Of a DNA stretch of 64,000 nucleotides, positions 57,777-64,000 are shown piece after piece. The number at the start of each line of letters is the position of its first letter. Position 1 is the stretch's first letter. Source of the stretch: an uncultured Gemmatimonadales bacterium (lineage in GTDB: Bacteria > Gemmatimonadota > Gemmatimonadetes > Gemmatimonadales > GWC2-71-9); assembly GCA_963779755.1 (NCBI GenBank), contig CAVZZO010000003.1, positions 1,056,001 through 1,120,000 on the forward strand. Reading direction: 5' to 3'. A program made the translations under genes and the position numbers. A model generated the notes under the pieces. It saw nothing but the letters and a program-made list of their open reading frames with translations, made no database searches and was not told the DNA's origin.

Positions 57777-59750
57777 ATGTGCGGCATAGCCGGCATCGTG
57801 CGGTTCGACGGCTCCCCCGTGGAGCCGGCGGTCCTGGGCGACATGCTCGAGGTCCTGGCCCATCGCGGCCCCGACGACGAGGGCATGGTGACGGAAGGGC
57901 CGGTGACGCTGGGGATGAAGCGGCTCTCCATCATCGACCTGGCCGGCGGCCATCAGCCGATGCGGGCCGGCCCCGCCACGCTGGTCTACAACGGCGAGCT
58001 GTACAACTACCTCGAACTCCGGAGCGAGCTGGAACAGCGCGGGCACCGCTTCGAAACCCGCTCCGATACCGAGGTGATCCTGCGGGCGTACCTGGAATGG
58101 GGACCGGACTCCGTCTCGCGGCTGAACGGCATGTTCGCCTTCCTGCTGCACGACCGCGCCGCGGGCCGCCTCATCGCCGTGCGCGACCGCTTCGGCATCA
58201 AGCCGCTGTATCTCACCCGCGATTCCCGCGGGCTCTACTTCGCCTCCGAGATCAAGGCGCTGTTCGAGGTGCCCGGCGTGCGGCCGGAGCCGGACTGGGA
58301 CGCGGTGCGCGAGTATCTCACCTTCCAGTACGTGCTGGGCTGGAGCACGCTCTTCCGCGGGGTGGAGAAGCTGCCGCCGGCGCACTACCTGGTGGTGGAT
58401 ACCCGGACCGGCGCCAGCCGGGCGGTGCGCTACTGGGATCCCGCGTTCGAGGTGGACAGCCTGCACAGCGCGGAATTCTTCGCGTCCCGCGTGCGCCACC
58501 TGCTGGAAGACGCCGTGCACCTCCAGCTTCGCAGCGACGTGCCGGTGGGGACCTACCTCAGCGGCGGCATGGACTCGAGCCTGGTGACGGCCCTGGCGAG
58601 CCGGTCGGCAAGCGGGCTGCAGTCGTTTGTGGGTCGTTTCGGCGAGGGTCCCGAATTCGACGAGAGCCCCTACGCGCGGCTGCTGGCGCAGGCCTGCGGG
58701 GTGACGCTGCACGAGACGGTCGCCACCCGCGAGGAGTTCTTCGAGCTCATGCCCCGGCTCATCTGGCACATGGACGAGCCGGCCGCGGGGCCGGGCATCT
58801 ACCCCCAGTATCTGGTCTCCCGCCGGGCGTCGCAATCGGTGAAGGTGATGCTGGGCGGCCAGGGGGGCGATGAAATCTTCGGCGGGTACGCCCGCTACGT
58901 CGTGGCCTACCTGGAGCAGGCCCTGAAGGGCGCCATCTACGAAACCAACGAGGAGGGGAAGCATATCGTCTCCCTCGACTCCATCGTCCCCAACCTGCCG
59001 GCACTCCGGGCCTACACGCCCATGATGCAGCAGTTCTGGCGGCAGGGCATGTTCGAGCCGATGGACCGCCGCTACTTCCATCTGGTGGACCGGATCGCCG
59101 GCGCCGTCAGCCTCTTTACGCCCGAGTTCCGGGACCGCTACGACCGCGAGCGGATCTTCCAGCGCTTTGCCCGGATCTTCAACCGGCCGGACACGAAGTC
59201 CTACTACAACAAGATGACGGCCTTCGACCTCACCGCCGGCCTCCCCGCCCTGTTGCAGGTGGAAGACCGGGTCAGCATGGCCGTGTCGCTGGAGTCGCGC
59301 GTCCCGCTGCTCGACCACCGGCTGGTCGAGCTGGTCGCCGGCATCCCGGTGGCGTTCAAGTTCCACGGCGGCCAGATGAAACACATCCTGCGCCGCGCCA
59401 CGGCCGATCTCCTCCCACCCGCCATTCTCCAGCGCAAGGACAAGATGGGCTTCCCGGTGCCGCTCCACGTCTGGTTCCGCGCCGGCCGCGGCCGGGAATG
59501 GCTGGAGGACCTGCTGCTCTCACCCGGCGCCGCCATCCACCAGATCTTCGACCAGGGCGAGATCCGCAAGCTCATGGACTACCAGCGCGCCTACAGCCGG
59601 CGCGTCTGGGGTCTGCTCTCGCTCGAGCTCTGGTTCCGCACCTTCATCAAGCGGCCCCAGCCCGGCCCGGCGGAACGCGAGCACCGGCGCCGGGCGCGGG
59701 CCCGCTCCCGTTCCCGTACTCGCCCGGCCGATGCCGCTGACGCTGGTTGA
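57777..59750 (+). CDS. asnB: Asparagine synthase (glutamine-hydrolysing)-like amidotransferase
   Basis: MCGIAG, HRGPD, RLSIIDL, YNGELYN, RDRFGIKPLY, LSGGMDSS, GQGGDEIFGGY, ESRVPLLD, KMGF. Confidence 0.92.
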   Translation: MCGIAGIVRFDGSPVEPAVLGDMLEVLAHRGPDDEGMVTEGPVTLGMKRLSIIDLAGGHQPMRAGPATLVYNGELYNYLELRSELEQRGHRFETRSDTEVILRAYLEWGPDSVSRLNGMFAFLLHDRAAGRLIAVRDRFGIKPLYLTRDSRGLYFASEIKALFEVPGVRPEPDWDAVREYLTFQYVLGWSTLFRGVEKLPPAHYLVVDTRTGASRAVRYWDPAFEVDSLHSAEFFASRVRHLLEDAVHLQLRSDVPVGTYLSGGMDSSLVTALASRSASGLQSFVGRFGEGPEFDESPYARLLAQACGVTLHETVATREEFFELMPRLIWHMDEPAAGPGIYPQYLVSRRASQSVKVMLGGQGGDEIFGGYARYVVAYLEQALKGAIYETNEEGKHIVSLDSIVPNLPALRAYTPMMQQFWRQGMFEPMDRRYFHLVDRIAGAVSLFTPEFRDRYDRERIFQRFARIFNRPDTKSYYNKMTAFDLTAGLPALLQVEDRVSMAVSLESRVPLLDHRLVELVAGIPVAFKFHGGQMKHILRRATADLLPPAILQRKDKMGFPVPLHVWFRAGRGREWLEDLLLSPGAAIHQIFDQGEIRKLMDYQRAYSRRVWGLLSLELWFRTFIKRPQPGPAEREHRRRARARSRSRTRPADAADAG

Positions 59751-61437
59751 CGGCCGCCCGGAAGGGTGGCAGGTCCGCAAGATCGGTGTAATCGGCCCCG
59801 GCATCGTCGGCATGCCCATGGCCGCCCTGCTGGCCCACGCCCGCATCCGCGAAGGCAGCGGCGACCCCGCCCGCGTCCTGGTGATGCAGCGCCCCTCGTC
59901 CACGTCGGGCTGGAAAGTGGATGCCATCAATGCCGGCCGCTCGCCCATCGGCGGCGTGGAGCCCGGCCTGGATACGGTGGTGCGCGACACCGCGGCCCAG
60001 GGGCTGCTCGCCGCCACGCACGAGGTGAACGACCTCTACGATGCCGACGTGGTCCTGGTCTGCGTGCAGACCGACCGCGACGGCCTGGCCCCGGCCTACG
60101 GCCCCCTGCTGGAGGCCCTCACCGGCCTGGCGCAGGCGCTGGCCCGCCGGCCCGCCGGGAACACGCCGCTGGTCATTATCGAATCCACCCTTGCGCCCTC
60201 CTCCATGACCACCGTGGTGCGCGAGCTGTTCGCGCGGCACGGCCTGATCGAGGGCCGCGACATCCTGCTGGGCAACAGCCCCAACCGCGTCATGCCGGGC
60301 CGGCTGGTGGAGCGGGTAACCGAATCGGACAAGATCGTCGCGGGGCTCCGCCGGGCCACGCCCGAGCTGATCGCCCGGCTCTATCGCCGCATCGTCACCC
60401 GGGGCACGCTGCTGCCGGCCAACAGCCTCACCGCCGAAGTCGTAAAGACGCTGGAGAACGCCTACCGCGACGTGCGTATCGCCTTTGCCGCCGAGGTCTG
60501 CCGCTGGTGCGACGAGCTGGACATCGACTTCCACGCCTTGCGCGAGCAGGTGAACCGGCGGGTGGCGCAGAGCGACTCGGCCAGCGGCGACCCGATGGCG
60601 GTGCCCAGCGGCGGCCTGCTGGTGCCCACGGTGGGCGTGGGCGGCCACTGCCTCCCCAAGGACGGCATCCTGCTCTGGTGGCGGGCGCTGGAGGCCGGCG
60701 TCGACACCGGCAAGAGCCTGATCCTGGAAGCGCGCCAGATCAACGACGAGTCCCCCGCGGCAACGAAATGCCTGCTGGAGCGTCTGGCCGGCCCGGTCGC
60801 GGGGAAGCGGATCGCGCTCCTCGGTACCGCCTACCGCTTCGATTCGGAGGACACCCGCAACAGCCCGGCGCTGGTCCTGGCGCGCCTGCTGCTGGAGGGC
60901 GGCGCCGACGTGGTGCTGCACGACCCCTACGTGGCCCCGCACGACCAGAACCTCCGCCGCTATCAGCTGGAGCGCCGCTTCACCCGCGATCTGCCGCGGG
61001 CGCTCGATGCGGCCGAGGCAACCGTGCTTTGCACCGCCCACCACGATTATCTCGACGCCCGGGGCGGGATCCTCGAGCGCGGCCCCGCCGTGGTGCTGGA
61101 CGGCTGCAACCTCTTCCGCCGCGACCAGCTGCCTCGGCGGACCATCTACGGCGGCATCGGCCGGGGGCGGCGCGCGCCGCCGGAGAACCTGGTGGCGTGG
61201 ACCGAGCAGGCCTTCCGCGCCGTCGAAACCGGTGTTGCCAACGAGGTGGACGGCCTCTGCCGCTGGCTGGATGAACGCTACGGCTCCGACGGCTTCGGAC
61301 GGCTCCGGTTCGACGACGTGCGCCGGATTGCCGCCACCTGCGTCACCGGCTGCCTGCTGGCGCAACCGGGGGAGGTGGACGCCCCGCCGCCCTGGGCCGG
61401 CCGCCAGAGCCGGCTGGTGAGTCGCGCGGCACCATGA
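59731..61437 (+). CDS. UDP-sugar (UDP-HexNAc/GDP-mannose family) 6-dehydrogenase
   Basis: IGPGIVGMP, IIEST, PNRVMPG, KTLENAYRDV, GVGGHCLPKD, DTRNSP. Confidence 0.87.
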   Translation: MPLTLVDGRPEGWQVRKIGVIGPGIVGMPMAALLAHARIREGSGDPARVLVMQRPSSTSGWKVDAINAGRSPIGGVEPGLDTVVRDTAAQGLLAATHEVNDLYDADVVLVCVQTDRDGLAPAYGPLLEALTGLAQALARRPAGNTPLVIIESTLAPSSMTTVVRELFARHGLIEGRDILLGNSPNRVMPGRLVERVTESDKIVAGLRRATPELIARLYRRIVTRGTLLPANSLTAEVVKTLENAYRDVRIAFAAEVCRWCDELDIDFHALREQVNRRVAQSDSASGDPMAVPSGGLLVPTVGVGGHCLPKDGILLWWRALEAGVDTGKSLILEARQINDESPAATKCLLERLAGPVAGKRIALLGTAYRFDSEDTRNSPALVLARLLLEGGADVVLHDPYVAPHDQNLRRYQLERRFTRDLPRALDAAEATVLCTAHHDYLDARGGILERGPAVVLDGCNLFRRDQLPRRTIYGGIGRGRRAPPENLVAWTEQAFRAVETGVANEVDGLCRWLDERYGSDGFGRLRFDDVRRIAATCVTGCLLAQPGEVDAPPPWAGRQSRLVSRAAP

Positions 61438-61451
61438 TTCGCGGCAGTAGT

Positions 61452-61540
61452 CCTCGACCTTCTCGACCCCCTCGACCCCCTCGACCCCCTCGACCGATCG
61501 AGAAGGTCGAGATGCTCGAGAGGGTCAAGGAGGTCGAGGT
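61452..61540. repeat. Inverted nonamer arrays (CCTCGACCC family)
   Basis: Same unit as 26164..26233 and 46887..46930. Confidence 0.85.
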
Positions 61541-64000
61541 GGGCCAGACGCGGCACCTCGCCTGGCTCGAAGCGCTCAAGGCCTTCGCCCTCTTCGGCAT
61601 TCTGTGGAATCACACGGTCGAGGCCTTGGGGCCCGGCCCCTGGTTTACCAATCCCACCAACCACTGGCCCGCGCTCGCGGTCCGGTTGCACACCTGGTTT
61701 CCCGGCCCCGGGAGTCCCCTGCCCCGGCTGGCGCAATTCCTCGGCTGGCTGGGCGACAGCGGCCCGGGCGTCTTCATCCTGGCCAGCGGATTCGGCCTGA
61801 CGCTCTCCGCCCTGCGGCGCGGCGGGCCGGCGGGCTCGTGGGGCGCGTTCCTGCGCCGCCGGCTGGCGCGGCTGTTCCCGCTCTATATCGCCATGCACCT
61901 GGTGGTGCTGGCCCTTGCCCTGGGCGTGCCGGGCAGTACCGCGCGGCTGGATGACCCCCGCACCCTGCTCAGCCTCGCCGGGCTGCGGTTCAGCCCCGGG
62001 CTCTTCTTCTACCTGGTGCCGGCCTGGTGGTTCGTCTGGCTCATCCTGCAGCTCTATGTCGTGTTTCCCGCCTGTTTCCGGCTGCTGCAACGCGCCGGCA
62101 TCGCCCGCTTCCTCGCCGTCACCATCGGGTTCACCCTCGCCTGCCGCGCGCTGGGACTGCTCTTCTCCGCCAATCTCTACTACTGGATGACCGGCCTGTT
62201 CTTCGGCACCCGCCTGGCGGAATTTGCGGCCGGGATGGCGCTGGCCGCCTGGCTGGTGCAGGGGAAGCGCTCGATGACCGGGCCGTTCCGCGCATCGCGG
62301 GTGCTGGCGGCCGGGCTTCCGGTATATGTCCTCGGGGTGGCGGCGTCTCTCTTCTGGTGGGGCACGCTGGTGTCGAACCTCCTGGTGACGCTGGGGCTGG
62401 CCGCGGTCTTCTATGTGGCCTGGGCCCTCGCGCGCCGCGTTCGCGGGGCCGAAAGAGTCATGGTCCAGGTGGGAGCACTCGCGTTTCCCGTCTTCCTGCT
62501 GCATCAGCCCCTGGTGGACTGGACCGGCGCGTTCGTTGCCGCGCCGCTACCCCATCTGGCGGCGGCGGCCGGCATGCTGGTGCTCTCCTTCCCCGCCGGA
62601 TGGGCGGTCGAGCGCGCCGCCCTCGCGGCGATACGCCTGCCCCGCTCCTGGCCGGCATCACGATGGGCCCGCGTTGCCATGGTCGCGGCCACCCTGGCGA
62701 TGCTGGCGCTGCTGGCGGAACCGTTCCTGGCAGCGGGCGAATGGTCCCAGCGCGCCTGGGCCCTGGGTCTGGGGCTCGGAGTGCTGGCGCTGGCCGGAGC
62801 GGAAGCGGCCAGGTCCGGGCGGGGCGGCATGAGCCGGTGGTGGACCTGGTCGGCGGGAATCGCGGCGCTGGTGCAGCTCTTCATCCTGCCGGCACCGGCC
62901 GGTCTGGCGGCGATGAGCTTCGGGCTGTTGGCCGCCGGCGGCGCAATCCTGCTGCGGCGCCTGCGCGGAGGGACGCTCCTGCCCCTGGCGGCGGGCGGCG
63001 TGTTGGCCCTAGTCGCGTGGGGCGCGGCCGAGCTGGCGCTCACCCGGCTCGCGCCGGTCGAGGCCGGGGCCTGGGGCGAGCTGCCGGCGCTCATGACACA
63101 CCCCACGCGCACCTACGGCCTGCGCCCGGACCGGGTCACGCGCCTGCGCTACAACAACTACGACTACGTCCTGCGCAGCAACAGCCGCGGGCTGCCGGGC
63201 CCCGAGATTCCACTTGCCCGTCCCGACAGCGCGACATTCAGGCTGCTGGCCGCGGGCGATGCCTTTACCATGCCCGAGGGGCTGCCGTACCAGGACGGCT
63301 ATCCCGCGCTGCTCGAGCGGCACCTCTCGCGCTGTCTGGCGCCCCGCACCGTTCAGGTGATCGACGCCGGCATCACCGGCTACGGGCCGGCCGAGTCGCT
63401 GCCGCAGATCCGCGAGCTGGCGCCGGAGTATCGCCCCGACCTGGTGCTCTATCAGTTCTTCGTCAACGAATTCGGCGAGGCAACGCTGACCCCGGCGCAG
63501 CGCCGCGAGGCGATCGGGCTGGCCCGCGGCGGCTCCCGGCGCGGATATTACTGGGGCCGCTCCCAGGTGGCGCGCCGGCTGGAACGGGCGGAGGACGCGC
63601 TCCGGGAGCGGATCACTGGCCGGGCGGCGGCCTGGCGGTACAGCCGGTCGCTGCTCGCCTATTATCGCCGCGGCGAGAATCCGCTGTACGACGAGCGCCA
63701 CCGCCGGGCGGTTGCCGGCGATCTGGCGGCCATGCGGGCCGCCGCGGAGAAGAGCGGCGCGGCGTTTGCGGTCGTGTTTGTTCCCGGCGCGGTGGCGGTG
63801 GCGCCGCCCGGATCGCTGGCGTACTTCCCGCGGGGGAAACTCTGACCGACAGCTCGCGGTACGACCTGTCCCGTCCCTGGCACGCGTTGCGGGCCATCAC
63901 CGACTCGCTGGGCATTCCGGTGCTGGACCTGACTCCGGCGCTCAGGGCCGGCGCCCTGACCTACAGTACCGCTGCCTGGCACTGGAACCGCCGGGGCCAT
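61539..64000 (+). CDS. Acyltransferase_3 (OafA-like) fused to an SGNH-like domain; frameshift near 63835; runs off the window
   Basis: WLEALKAFALFGILWNH, FILASGFGL, RRRLARLFP, WWFVWLILQLY; NSRGL, AGDAFT, DAGITGYG. Adding one G at G5 63832..63836 continues as ...IPVLDLTPAL...WHWNRRGH. Start GTG after AAGGAGG inferred. Confidence 0.8.

Noticed and set aside
14181..61365. Long alternative-frame and antisense ORFs (e.g. 14181..16397, 14593..16740, 36200..38371, 48435..50261, 51467..53497, 57753..59468)
   Set aside because: Shadow ORFs typical of high-GC DNA; they overlap well-supported genes and contain no motifs.

Overview
High-GC bacterial DNA (lineage not determinable from sequence alone; style suggests something like Gemmatimonadota, a guess). 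The whole 64 kb is part of one very large cell-surface glycan synthesis and decoration locus. Left: PAPS-supply genes (cysN/C, cysQ, cysC plus a truncated cysC copy, cysD) interleaved with membrane-anchored sulfatase-fold proteins that carry Thr instead of the formylglycine Cys/Ser. Next comes the most striking element: a complete pyoluteorin-type (halo)pyrrolyl-carrier module (PltA-like halogenase, PltE-like prolyl-PCP dehydrogenase, PltL-like carrier, PltF-like adenylation enzyme with the proline code DLLYLALVCK). No PKS or NRPS is present in the window; instead the module encloses a fused MBOAT-SGNH acyltransferase. This suggests a Dlt/AlgIJ-like system that attaches halopyrrole-2-carbonyl groups to an extracytoplasmic glycan. 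The remainder encodes many GT2, GT4 and GT-C glycosyltransferases, deacetylases, FAD/NAD oxidoreductases, a YvcK/CofD-GT2 fusion with HAD and nucleotidyltransferase partners, AsnB, a UDP-sugar dehydrogenase and an AT3-SGNH protein. Gene junctions carry many 7-9 nt tandem repeats, often as inverted pairs. Four single-base frameshifts probably reflect sequencing or assembly error. No rRNA, tRNA, CRISPR array or transposase was recognised.
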